Assembly: GCF_053078305.1 (NCBI RefSeq)
Contig: NZ_CP166879.1
DNA length: 64,000 nt
Strand: one strand, 5' to 3'
Shown here piece after piece: positions 52,426 to 64,000 of this stretch; positions within the stretch are counted from its first letter, which is position 1; every line of letters starts with the position of its first letter. The position numbers and the translations under genes are program-made. The notes under the pieces were generated by a model. It ran no database searches and had not been told where the DNA came from. It saw only the letters and a list, made by a program, of their open reading frames with translations.

Positions 52426-53937
52426 ATGTTCACGGCAACAGAGGCAGTCCCGGTAGCAAAAGTGGTGGCAGGAAATAAGCGTTATCCCGGCGTCGTTGCG
52501 TTGGATAACGTTAACTTCACGCTCAATAAAGGCGAGGTTCGTGCGCTGTTAGGCAAAAACGGCGCGGGCAAATCGACCCTCATTCGAATGCTTACCGGTA
52601 GCGAACGTCCGGATAGCGGTGATATCTGGATTGGCGAGACGCGACTGGAAGGCGACGAAGCTACGCTGACTCGCCGTGCCGCTGAACTGGGGGTTCGTGC
52701 GGTTTATCAGGAGTTAAGTCTGGTGGAAGGGCTGACGGTGGCGGAAAACCTCTGCCTCGGTCAGTGGCCCCGCCACAACGGCATGATTGATTACCTGCAA
52801 ATGGCGCAGGATGCCCAACGTTGCTTACAGGCGCTGGGCGTTGACGTTAGTCCTGAACAACTTGTTTCAACACTAAGCCCGGCGCATAAGCAGCTGGTGG
52901 AAATTGCGCGGGTGATGAAGGGCGAGCCGCGCGTGGTCATTCTTGATGAACCTACCAGTTCGCTTGCGAGTGCGGAAGTTGAACTGGTGATCAGCGCGGT
53001 GAAAAAGATGTCGGCACTGGGCGTGGCGGTGATTTATGTCAGCCACCGGATGGAAGAAATTCGCCGCATTGCCTCCTGTGCCACCGTTATGCGCGACGGG
53101 CAGGTGGCTGGCGATGTGATGCTCGAAAACACTTCCACGCATCATATTGTGTCGCTAATGCTAGGGCGCGATCACGTTGATATTGCGCCGGTTGCCCCTC
53201 AGGAAATTGTGGATCAGGCCGTGCTGGAAGTCCGTGCGTTACGCCATAAGCCCAAGCTGGAGGATATCAGTTTTACGCTACGTCGTGGCGAAGTGCTCGG
53301 CATTGCTGGTCTGCTGGGGGCAGGGCGCAGTGAATTGCTGAAAGCGATTGTTGGGCTGGAGACGTATGAACAGGGCGAAATTGTTATCAACGGCGAGAAA
53401 ATCATGCGCCCCGATTACGGCGACATGCTGAAACGCGGCATTGGCTATACGCCAGAAAACCGCAAAGAAGCGGGGATCATTCCCTGGCTGGGCGTTGACG
53501 AAAATACAGTGCTGACCAATCGGCAAAAAATCAGCGCCAACGGTGTGCTGCAATGGTCCACCATCCGCCGCCTGACCGAAGAGGTGATGCAGCGGATGAC
53601 GGTCAAGGCCGCCAGTAGCGAAACACCCATCGGCACGCTTTCTGGCGGCAATCAGCAAAAAGTGGTGATCGGTCGTTGGGTCTATGCCGCCAGCCAGATT
53701 TTGTTGCTCGACGAGCCAACGCGCGGCGTCGATATCGAAGCCAAACAGCAGATTTACCGTATTGTCCGTGAGCTGGCTGCCGAAGGAAAAAGCGTGGTGT
53801 TTATCTCCAGTGAAGTGGAGGAGTTACCGCTGGTGTGCGACCGCATTCTGTTGTTACAGCACGGTACGTTCTCGCAGGAGTTTCACGCTCCGGTCAATGT
53901 GGATGAGCTGATGTCCGCCATTCTGTCTGTGCACTGA
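52426..53937 (+). CDS. yphE: ABC transporter ATP-binding protein YphE (tandem ATPase domains)
   Basis: 503 aa; Walker A GKNGAGKST and LSGG signature. Confidence 0.85.
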   Translation: MFTATEAVPVAKVVAGNKRYPGVVALDNVNFTLNKGEVRALLGKNGAGKSTLIRMLTGSERPDSGDIWIGETRLEGDEATLTRRAAELGVRAVYQELSLVEGLTVAENLCLGQWPRHNGMIDYLQMAQDAQRCLQALGVDVSPEQLVSTLSPAHKQLVEIARVMKGEPRVVILDEPTSSLASAEVELVISAVKKMSALGVAVIYVSHRMEEIRRIASCATVMRDGQVAGDVMLENTSTHHIVSLMLGRDHVDIAPVAPQEIVDQAVLEVRALRHKPKLEDISFTLRRGEVLGIAGLLGAGRSELLKAIVGLETYEQGEIVINGEKIMRPDYGDMLKRGIGYTPENRKEAGIIPWLGVDENTVLTNRQKISANGVLQWSTIRRLTEEVMQRMTVKAASSETPIGTLSGGNQQKVVIGRWVYAASQILLLDEPTRGVDIEAKQQIYRIVRELAAEGKSVVFISSEVEELPLVCDRILLLQHGTFSQEFHAPVNVDELMSAILSVH

Positions 53938-53960
53938 TGAATTTTACCGAGGAACCTAAG

Positions 53961-54959
53961 ATGTCTGCTTCGTCATTACCATTGCCGCAGGGCAAGAGCG
54001 TCTCGCTCAAACAATTTGTCAGTCGCCATATTAATGAGATCGGTTTGCTGGTGGTGATTGCCATTCTTTATCTGGTCTTCTCCCTGAACGCGCCTGGCTT
54101 TATCTCATTGAATAACCAGATGAACGTGCTGCGCGATGCCGCCACCATTGGGATTGCCGCCTGGGCGATGACGCTGATTATTATCTCCGGTGAAATTGAT
54201 GTCAGCGTTGGGCCGATGGTGGCTTTTGTCTCGGTGTGCCTGGCATTTTTGCTGCAATTTGAAGTTCCGCTGGCGGTGGCGTGTCTGCTGGTGTTGCTGT
54301 TAGGCGCGCTGATGGGAACGCTGGCCGGGGTGCTGCGCGGCGTGTTTAACGTACCAAGTTTCGTTGCCACACTGGGGCTGTGGAGCGCCCTGCGCGGAAT
54401 GGGGCTGTTTATGACCAACGCACTGCCAGTGCCGATTGACGAAAACGAGGTGCTGGACTGGCTGGGCGGACAATTTCTCGGTGTGCCGGTATCCGCGCTG
54501 ATCATGATGGTGCTGTTTGCGCTGTTTGTGTTCATTAGCCGAAAAACCGCCTTCGGGCGCTCGGTTTTTGCCGTTGGCGGTAATGCCACGGCGGCGCAGT
54601 TGTGCGGTATTAACGTTCGTCGGGTACGCATTCTTATCTTTACCCTTTCGGGATTATTAGCGGCGGTGACCGGCATTTTGTTGGCGGCGCGCCTCGGTTC
54701 TGGTAACGCAGGTGCGGCAAACGGTCTGGAGTTTGACGTCATCGCCGCGGTCGTGGTCGGCGGTACGGCACTTTCCGGCGGTCGCGGTTCCCTGTTCGGT
54801 ACATTGCTTGGTGTGCTGGTGATTACGCTAATCGGTAACGGTCTGGTGCTGCTCGGTATTAACTCCTTTTTCCAGCAGGTGGTACGCGGCGTCATCATCG
54901 TGGTGGCGGTGCTGGCGAATATCTTGCTGACCCAGCGAAGCAGTAAAGCGAAACGCTAA
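53961..54959 (+). CDS. yphD: ABC transporter permease YphD
   Basis: Multi-pass hydrophobic protein; start at the ATG giving 332 aa. Confidence 0.8.
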   Translation: MSASSLPLPQGKSVSLKQFVSRHINEIGLLVVIAILYLVFSLNAPGFISLNNQMNVLRDAATIGIAAWAMTLIIISGEIDVSVGPMVAFVSVCLAFLLQFEVPLAVACLLVLLLGALMGTLAGVLRGVFNVPSFVATLGLWSALRGMGLFMTNALPVPIDENEVLDWLGGQFLGVPVSALIMMVLFALFVFISRKTAFGRSVFAVGGNATAAQLCGINVRRVRILIFTLSGLLAAVTGILLAARLGSGNAGAANGLEFDVIAAVVVGGTALSGGRGSLFGTLLGVLVITLIGNGLVLLGINSFFQQVVRGVIIVVAVLANILLTQRSSKAKR

Positions 54960-55024
54960 ACCTTAACGCCCCTGGCGCGGGTGCGGCAGGGATGAAAATT
55001 AATCGTATTGTTAATGAGGGATTT

Positions 55025-56086
55025 ATGAAAACGATGCTGGCAGCTTATTTACCAGGAAATTCGACCGTCGATCTGCGGGAAGTTGCGGTGCCGACGCCGG
55101 GGATTAACCAGGTACTGATCAAAATGAAATCCTCCGGGATTTGCGGAAGCGATGTCCACTATATCTACCATCAACACCGCGCCACGGCGGCGGCGCCCGA
55201 TAAACCGTTATACCAGGGCTTTATCAACGGTCATGAGCCGTGCGGGCAAATTGTGGCGATGGGGCAAGGCTGTCGCCATTTTAAAGAGGGTGATCGCGTG
55301 CTGGTGTATCACATTTCTGGCTGTGGTTTTTGCCCGAACTGCCGCCGCGGCTTTCCTATCTCTTGTACTGGCAAAGGAAAAGCGGCTTACGGCTGGCAGC
55401 GTGACGGCGGTCATGCCGAATATCTGCTGGCGGAAGAAAAAGATCTGATCCTCCTGCCGGATGCGCTGAGCTACGAAGATGGTGCGTTTATCAGTTGCGG
55501 CGTTGGCACGGCCTATGAAGGGATTTTGCGCGGCCAAGTTTCCGGCAGCGATAACGTGCTGGTGGTCGGTCTGGGGCCGGTCGGCATGATGGCGATGATG
55601 CTGGCGAAAGGTCGCGGTGCAAAACGGATCATCGGCGTTGATATGCTGCCGGAACGTCTGGCGATGGCAAAACAGTTAGGGGTGATGGATCACGGTTATT
55701 TAGCGACCACCGAAGGTCTGCCGCAGATAATTGCTGAACTTACCCACGGTGGCGCGGATGTTGCGCTCGATTGTTCCGGTAATGCCGCAGGTCGCTTGCT
55801 GGCACTGCAATCCACTGCTGACTGGGGGCGGGTGGTTTACATTGGTGAAACCGGAAAAGTGGAATTCGAGGTCAGCGCCGATCTGATGCACCATCAACGG
55901 CGGATTATTGGCTCCTGGGTGACCAGTCTGTTCCATATGGAAAAATGCGCCCACGATTTGACTGACTGGAAGCTGTGGCCGCGTAACGCCATTACTCATC
56001 GCTTCTCGCTGGAACAGGCAGGTGATGCCTATGCGCTGATGGCGAGCGGCAAATGCGGGAAAGTTGTGATTAACTTCCCGGATTAA
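55025..56086 (+). CDS. yphC: Zinc-dependent alcohol/sugar dehydrogenase YphC
   Basis: 353 aa; GHEP and Rossmann GLGPVG motifs. Confidence 0.85.
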   Translation: MKTMLAAYLPGNSTVDLREVAVPTPGINQVLIKMKSSGICGSDVHYIYHQHRATAAAPDKPLYQGFINGHEPCGQIVAMGQGCRHFKEGDRVLVYHISGCGFCPNCRRGFPISCTGKGKAAYGWQRDGGHAEYLLAEEKDLILLPDALSYEDGAFISCGVGTAYEGILRGQVSGSDNVLVVGLGPVGMMAMMLAKGRGAKRIIGVDMLPERLAMAKQLGVMDHGYLATTEGLPQIIAELTHGGADVALDCSGNAAGRLLALQSTADWGRVVYIGETGKVEFEVSADLMHHQRRIIGSWVTSLFHMEKCAHDLTDWKLWPRNAITHRFSLEQAGDAYALMASGKCGKVVINFPD

Positions 56087-56097
56087 GGAGTTAGCGG

Positions 56098-56970
56098 ATG
56101 ACCATCTATACCTTATCTCACGGGGGGCTCACGCTGGACGTTTCTGACCAGGGCGGCGTAATCGAAGGCTTCTGGCGCGATACGACGCCGCTCTTACGTC
56201 CTGGTAAAAAAAGCGGTGTGGCAACCGATGCCTCCTGTTTTCCGCTGGTGCCATTTGCAAACCGGGTGAGCGGCAACCGTTTTGTCTGGCAGGGGCGTGA
56301 GTATCAACTGCAACCGAATGTTGAATGGGATGCGCACTATCTACACGGCGATGGCTGGCTGAGCGAGTGGCAATGTGTCTCGCACAGCGATGATAGTTTG
56401 TGTCTGGTGTATGAACATCGCAGCGGTGTCTATCACTATCGGGTAAGTCAGGCGTTTCATTTAACGGCGGATACGCTGACGGTGACGCTCTCTGTCACCA
56501 ATCAAGGGGCAGAGACGCTGCCATTTGGTACCGGCTGGCATCCTTATTTTCCGTTGTCGCCGCAAACGCGGATTCAGGCACAGGCGAGCGGTTACTGGCT
56601 GGAGCGGGAGCAGTGGCTGGCGGGTGAGTTTTGCGAGCAGCTACCGCAAGAACTGGATTTTAACCAGCTCGCGCCGTTGCCGCGCCAGTGGGTGAACAAT
56701 GGTTTTGCCGGATGGAATGGTCAGGCCCGCATCGAGCAGCCGCAGGAGGGTTATGCCATCATCATAGAAACGACGCCACCTGCACCGTGTTATTTCATCT
56801 TTGTTTCCGACCCGGCGTTTGATAAAGGATATGCGTTTGATTTCTTCTGTCTGGAGCCGATGAGCCATGCGCCGGATGACCATCATCGCCCGGAAGGGGG
56901 GGACCTCATTGCGCTTGCGCCGGGGGAATCAACAACCTCAGAGATGTCGTTGCGGGTAGAGTGGCTGTAA
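56098..56970 (+). CDS. yphB: Aldose 1-epimerase family protein YphB
   Basis: 290 aa; K-12 gene order. Confidence 0.8.
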   Translation: MTIYTLSHGGLTLDVSDQGGVIEGFWRDTTPLLRPGKKSGVATDASCFPLVPFANRVSGNRFVWQGREYQLQPNVEWDAHYLHGDGWLSEWQCVSHSDDSLCLVYEHRSGVYHYRVSQAFHLTADTLTVTLSVTNQGAETLPFGTGWHPYFPLSPQTRIQAQASGYWLEREQWLAGEFCEQLPQELDFNQLAPLPRQWVNNGFAGWNGQARIEQPQEGYAIIIETTPPAPCYFIFVSDPAFDKGYAFDFFCLEPMSHAPDDHHRPEGGDLIALAPGESTTSEMSLRVEWL

Positions 56971-56980
56971 TTTATAAAAT

Positions 56981-57010
56981 GCCGGATAAGGCGTTCACGC
57001 CGCATCCGGC
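56981..57010. repeat. REP element (GCCGGATAAGGCGTTCACGCCGCATCCGGC)
   Basis: Canonical REP palindrome read directly. Confidence 0.65.
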
Positions 57011-57017
57011 ATCTTTC

Positions 57018-57440
57018 CTAACGGCGATCGAGAGAAATTGCCCCCGGCCCGGTAATTGCCAATAGCAAGAACGCGCCAGCGATACTGACATTCTTCCAGA
57101 AATTAATCATATTTGGCCCGACGGCATCGCCGGTCATATCCCAGTAATGGTGACCAATCACCGCCGTACCCAGCGTGTAGAAAATAAACAGTACCGCCAG
57201 CGGACGGGTGAAAAAGCCAAGCACGATTAATATCGCGGCGGGCACTTCCATAACTACCGCAATAATCGCTGCCAGCATCGGCATTGGTGCGCCCAGCGAG
57301 GCCATATATTGGACCGTACCGTCAAAGCCCATCATTTTGGGAAAACCAAAAATAATGAAAATTAGGACCACGGCGATACGGGCAATTAATAACAAAACGG
57401 GGCGGGCAGCACCAAAATCAAAATAACGTAGTGAGTTCAT
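57018..57440 (-). CDS. yphA: DoxX-family inner membrane protein YphA
   Basis: 140 aa hydrophobic protein; ORF track begins 45 nt upstream. Confidence 0.8.
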   Translation of the reverse strand: MNSLRYFDFGAARPVLLLIARIAVVLIFIIFGFPKMMGFDGTVQYMASLGAPMPMLAAIIAVVMEVPAAILIVLGFFTRPLAVLFIFYTLGTAVIGHHYWDMTGDAVGPNMINFWKNVSIAGAFLLLAITGPGAISLDRR

Positions 57441-57536
57441 AACCAATCCCTTTGCAAGATAATGTGATTTAAACGTAATACACACTCTGGTACCTCGCCA
57501 CGCCCCAGGCGTTGAGATATTCGCTAATTATCCTGG

Positions 57537-58748
<1,212 letters not shown>

Positions 58749-59561
58749 TTAAAGATCCAACCCAGCCGCTACGTGGCGAATGCCGCGAATCGCTAAACCC
58801 GCATCAGCGTTGATCATCACACCGCTTAATGCGCGATTATTGCGCCGCGATGCCAACATCACATACGGACCCGTAAAATCAGCCGGTTGCGGGAAAAATT
58901 GCAGCGGTAAAATGGCGGCAATTTTCTCCGGCGTCAGAGACTGCATTATCGAGGTTTCACTTTGCCCGAGCGCCTGTGGGCCGCGCAGGTCGCTGGCCAT
59001 ACCACACGGGCCGACGCCATTCACCCGCACTTTCGGTGCCAGTTCATAAGCCAGTTGGCGAATAAGTCCGGTTGCGGCATGTTTACTGGCGGTGTACAGC
59101 GGGCCACCGCCGCCGGGATACCAGGCGGCATTTGATAGTGTGAAAATCATGCTGCCTTCACCGGCGATTAACGCCGGAGCGCAGGCTTTTGCACCCAGCA
59201 GGTAACCGAGTACGTTGACGTTAAACAGCTCGTGGAAGCCGGTTTCGAGCGTCTCTGCGGGAGTATTAACCAGTGAGGCATTGTGATCCCAGATGCCCGC
59301 ATTGCCGATAAAACAATCCAGCTTGCCGGAACGAGTCAGGATCTGATCGACCGCGCGTTGATAATCGGCATAACAGGTCACGTTACCTTCCACCGCCAGA
59401 ATATGTTCGCCAAATCGCTGACGCAGACTGGCGACTTTTGCCGCCGACAGTTCCAACGTGGCAACCTGCGCGCCTTCTTCGATAAATCGCTCGACCAGCG
59501 CCAGGCCTAATCCCGATCCGCCGCCGGTAATAAAAATGGACTCGTTATGCAGATCGCTCAT
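58749..59561 (-). CDS. hcaB: Dihydrodiol dehydrogenase (short-chain dehydrogenase)
   Basis: 270 aa; TGGGSGLG motif. Confidence 0.9.
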   Translation of the reverse strand: MSDLHNESIFITGGGSGLGLALVERFIEEGAQVATLELSAAKVASLRQRFGEHILAVEGNVTCYADYQRAVDQILTRSGKLDCFIGNAGIWDHNASLVNTPAETLETGFHELFNVNVLGYLLGAKACAPALIAGEGSMIFTLSNAAWYPGGGGPLYTASKHAATGLIRQLAYELAPKVRVNGVGPCGMASDLRGPQALGQSETSIMQSLTPEKIAAILPLQFFPQPADFTGPYVMLASRRNNRALSGVMINADAGLAIRGIRHVAAGLDL

Positions 59562-59877
59562 GGCTGCGCCTCCGGTAAGTCGATGAAAATGTCACCACCT
59601 TCAACGTGTACTGGATAAGTGGTGAGCGGATCGGTAGCGGGCAGGCATAACGCTTTCCCCGTTTTCAGGCAAAAACTGGCGGCGTGTAGCGGGCACTCCA
59701 CCGTGGCGTCATCTTCCAGATACCCTTCTGACATCGACGCATTACCATGGCTGCAACGATCGTTAATGGCATAAAACTCGCCGCCAACGTTGAACAGGGC
59801 GATGACGGGCGAGGTATCGATCCGGAGAGCCTCACCCTCCGGCACATCCGCAACGGGACACGCATAAATTCGATTCA

Positions 59878-59878
<1 letters not shown>
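59558..59878 (-). CDS. hcaC: Rieske ferredoxin of 3-phenylpropionate dioxygenase
   Basis: 106 aa; Rieske CxH...CxxH. Confidence 0.9.
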
Positions 59879-61790
<1,912 letters not shown>

Positions 61791-61889
61791 CTATTTTTGT
61801 GCCATAAGGATGTTGCTGGTTGGTTGCTAATATGTGAAATAGTTAATTTCTACCAGCTGAGACGTTTTTTCGATAACAAGGGGAAGGTG

Positions 61890-62780
61890 ATGGAACTACG
61901 GCATTTACGCTATTTCGTCGCAGTGGCGCAGGCACTGAACTTTACCCGTGCGGCGGAAAAACTGCATACCTCACAGCCTTCGTTAAGCAGCCAGATCCGC
62001 GATCTTGAAAACTGTGTCGGTGTTCCGTTACTGGTGAGGGATAAGCGTAAAGTCGCGTTGACGGCGGCGGGAGAATGTTTTCTCCAGGACGCGCTGGCAA
62101 TCCTCGAACAAGCGGAAAATGCCAAATTACGGGCGCGGAAAATTGTTCAGGAAGACAGACAATTAACCATTGGCTTTGTGCCATCGGCGGAAGTGAATTT
62201 ACTGCCAAAAGTATTACCGATGTTTCGTCTCAGACAGCCAGACACCTTGATTGAGCTGGTGAGTTTAATCACCACGCAACAGGAGGAAAAAATTCGCCGT
62301 GGTGAACTCGACGTCGGCTTAATGCGCCATCCTGTTTATAGCCCGGAGATTGATTATCTGGAGCTTTTTGACGAACCATTAGTGGTGGTGTTACCGGTTG
62401 ATCACCCTTTAGCACATGAAAAAGAGATCACCGCCGCGCAACTGGATGGCGTGAATTTCGTCAGTACCGATCCGGCGTATTCCGGTTCGCTTGCGCCGAT
62501 CGTTAAAGCGTGGTTTGCACAAGAAAACAGCCAGCCAAATATCGTCCAGGTGGCAACGAATATTCTGGTGACCATGAATCTGGTGGGCATGGGGCTGGGC
62601 GTCACTTTGATACCCGGTTATATGAATAATTTTAATACCGGGCAGGTTGTTTTTCGTCCCATTGCCGGAAATGTGCCTTCCATTGCTTTACTGATGGCGT
62701 GGAAGAAAGGGGAGATGAAGCCGGCATTACGCGATTTCATCGCCATTGTGCAGGAACGTTTGGCAAGCGTAACGGCATAA
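61890..62780 (+). CDS. hcaR: LysR-family activator of the hca operon
   Basis: 296 aa from MELRHLRYFVAVAQ; divergent from hcaE. Confidence 0.9.
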   Translation: MELRHLRYFVAVAQALNFTRAAEKLHTSQPSLSSQIRDLENCVGVPLLVRDKRKVALTAAGECFLQDALAILEQAENAKLRARKIVQEDRQLTIGFVPSAEVNLLPKVLPMFRLRQPDTLIELVSLITTQQEEKIRRGELDVGLMRHPVYSPEIDYLELFDEPLVVVLPVDHPLAHEKEITAAQLDGVNFVSTDPAYSGSLAPIVKAWFAQENSQPNIVQVATNILVTMNLVGMGLGVTLIPGYMNNFNTGQVVFRPIAGNVPSIALLMAWKKGEMKPALRDFIAIVQERLASVTA

Positions 62781-62939
62781 TTACGCATTATCTTTGCAAC
62801 ATGCGTCACGGATCGCAGTTTTTGAGTGCTTGTGAACTGGCGTTACGGACATCGGGAAGCAGGCTCGAATATTCTTATTTTTCAACTTGCACCAACATTC
62901 GATTAACTCCAGACTAACGCCTCCTGACGGGAGGGACTC

Positions 62940-64000
62940 ATGGTTTTGCAATCCACGCGCTGGTTGGCGCTCGGCTATTTCACATACTTTTTTAGTTACG
63001 GCATTTTTCTACCTTTCTGGAGCGTCTGGCTTAAAGGGATTGGTTTAACGCCAGAAACCATCGGCCTGTTATTGGGGGCAGGTCTGGTTGCCCGTTTTCT
63101 CGGGAGTTTGCTCATCGCGCCCCGCGTCAGCGATCCTTCTCGCCTGATTTCCGCCTTGCGCGTGCTGGCACTGCTGACACTTCTCTTTGCTGTCGCCTTC
63201 TGGGCGGGGGCGCACGTAGCGTGGCTGATGCTGGTGATGATTGGCTTTAACCTCTTTTTCTCACCGCTGGTACCGTTGACCGATGCACTGGCGAATACGT
63301 GGCAAAAGCAGTTCCCGCTTGATTACGGCAAAGTGCGACTGTGGGGCTCGGTGGCGTTTGTCATTGGCTCGGCGCTGACGGGCAAACTGGTCACTATGTT
63401 TGATTATCGGGTGATCCTCGTGCTGTTGACGTTGGGCGTGGCATCCATGCTGCTCGGCTTTCTCATCCGTCCGACGATTCAGCCACAAGGGGCAAGCCGC
63501 CAACAGGAGAGCACCGGTTGGTCAGCGTGGTTGGCGCTGGTTCGCCAGAACTGGCGCTTTCTGGCCTGCGTTTGTTTATTGCAGGGGGCGCATGCGGCCT
63601 ATTACGGTTTTAGCGCCATTTACTGGCAGGCAGCTGGCTACTCGGCCTCGGCGGTGGGGTATTTGTGGTCGCTGGGCGTGGTGGCGGAAGTCATTATCTT
63701 TGCACTGAGTAATAAACTTTTCCGCCGTTGTAGTGCACGCGATATGCTGTTGATCTCGGCGATTTGCGGCGTAGTGCGCTGGGGCATTATGGGAGCAACT
63801 ACGGCGTTGCCGTGGTTGATAGTGGTGCAAATTCTGCATTGCGGCACCTTCACGGTCTGCCACCTGGCCGCCATGCGCTATATTGCCGCTCGCCAGGGTA
63901 GCGAAGTCATCCGTTTACAGGCGGTTTACTCTGCCGTCGCGATGGGCGGCAGTATCGCTATCATGACCGTTTTCGCCGGTTTCCTGTATCAATATCTGGG
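62940..64000 (+). CDS. hcaT: MFS transporter HcaT (3' end beyond window)
   Basis: ATG 62940; hydrophobic multi-pass sequence open to window end. Confidence 0.8.
   Translation, partial: MVLQSTRWLALGYFTYFFSYGIFLPFWSVWLKGIGLTPETIGLLLGAGLVARFLGSLLIAPRVSDPSRLISALRVLALLTLLFAVAFWAGAHVAWLMLVMIGFNLFFSPLVPLTDALANTWQKQFPLDYGKVRLWGSVAFVIGSALTGKLVTMFDYRVILVLLTLGVASMLLGFLIRPTIQPQGASRQQESTGWSAWLALVRQNWRFLACVCLLQGAHAAYYGFSAIYWQAAGYSASAVGYLWSLGVVAEVIIFALSNKLFRRCSARDMLLISAICGVVRWGIMGATTALPWLIVVQILHCGTFTVCHLAAMRYIAARQGSEVIRLQAVYSAVAMGGSIAIMTVFAGFLYQYL

Noticed and set aside
54068-54898. 276-aa minus-strand ORF inside yphD
   Set aside because: Antisense to the membrane permease gene; translation is low-complexity.

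Overview
This window has two parts. Positions 1 to about 30,950 are the right-hand portion of a temperate prophage: a minus-strand early operon (Cas4-like nuclease running off the window start), a cI/Cro immunity switch, a primase-helicase followed by an iteron-rich origin-like region, a Q-like antiterminator, a lambda-type lysis cassette (holin, R endolysin, Rz with embedded Rz1), terminase, a Mu-like head module, a contractile-tail and baseplate module, a tail fibre with a Pin-controlled invertible segment, and an AT-rich two-gene cargo at the prophage edge. From about 31,175 to 64,000 the sequence is conserved Escherichia coli K-12-type chromosome in inverted orientation relative to K-12 numbering: yfhH, pgpC, tadA, mltF, purL, glmY, glrK-qseG-glrR, glnB, hmp, glyA, yphH to yphA, hcaDBCFE, hcaR and the start of hcaT. 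The best candidates for an undescribed system are the AT-rich two-gene cargo between pin and yfhH (29886-30935) and a translationally coupled secreted-protein plus HEPN-motif pair inserted among baseplate genes (23951-24795). Other points of interest are a one-cassette invertible tail-fibre switch, an origin-like iteron cluster and a likely -1 frameshift in the tail chaperone. All calls rest on reading the sequence and ORF track and on recalled family signatures; no database search was run, and motif coordinates counted by hand may be off by a few bases.
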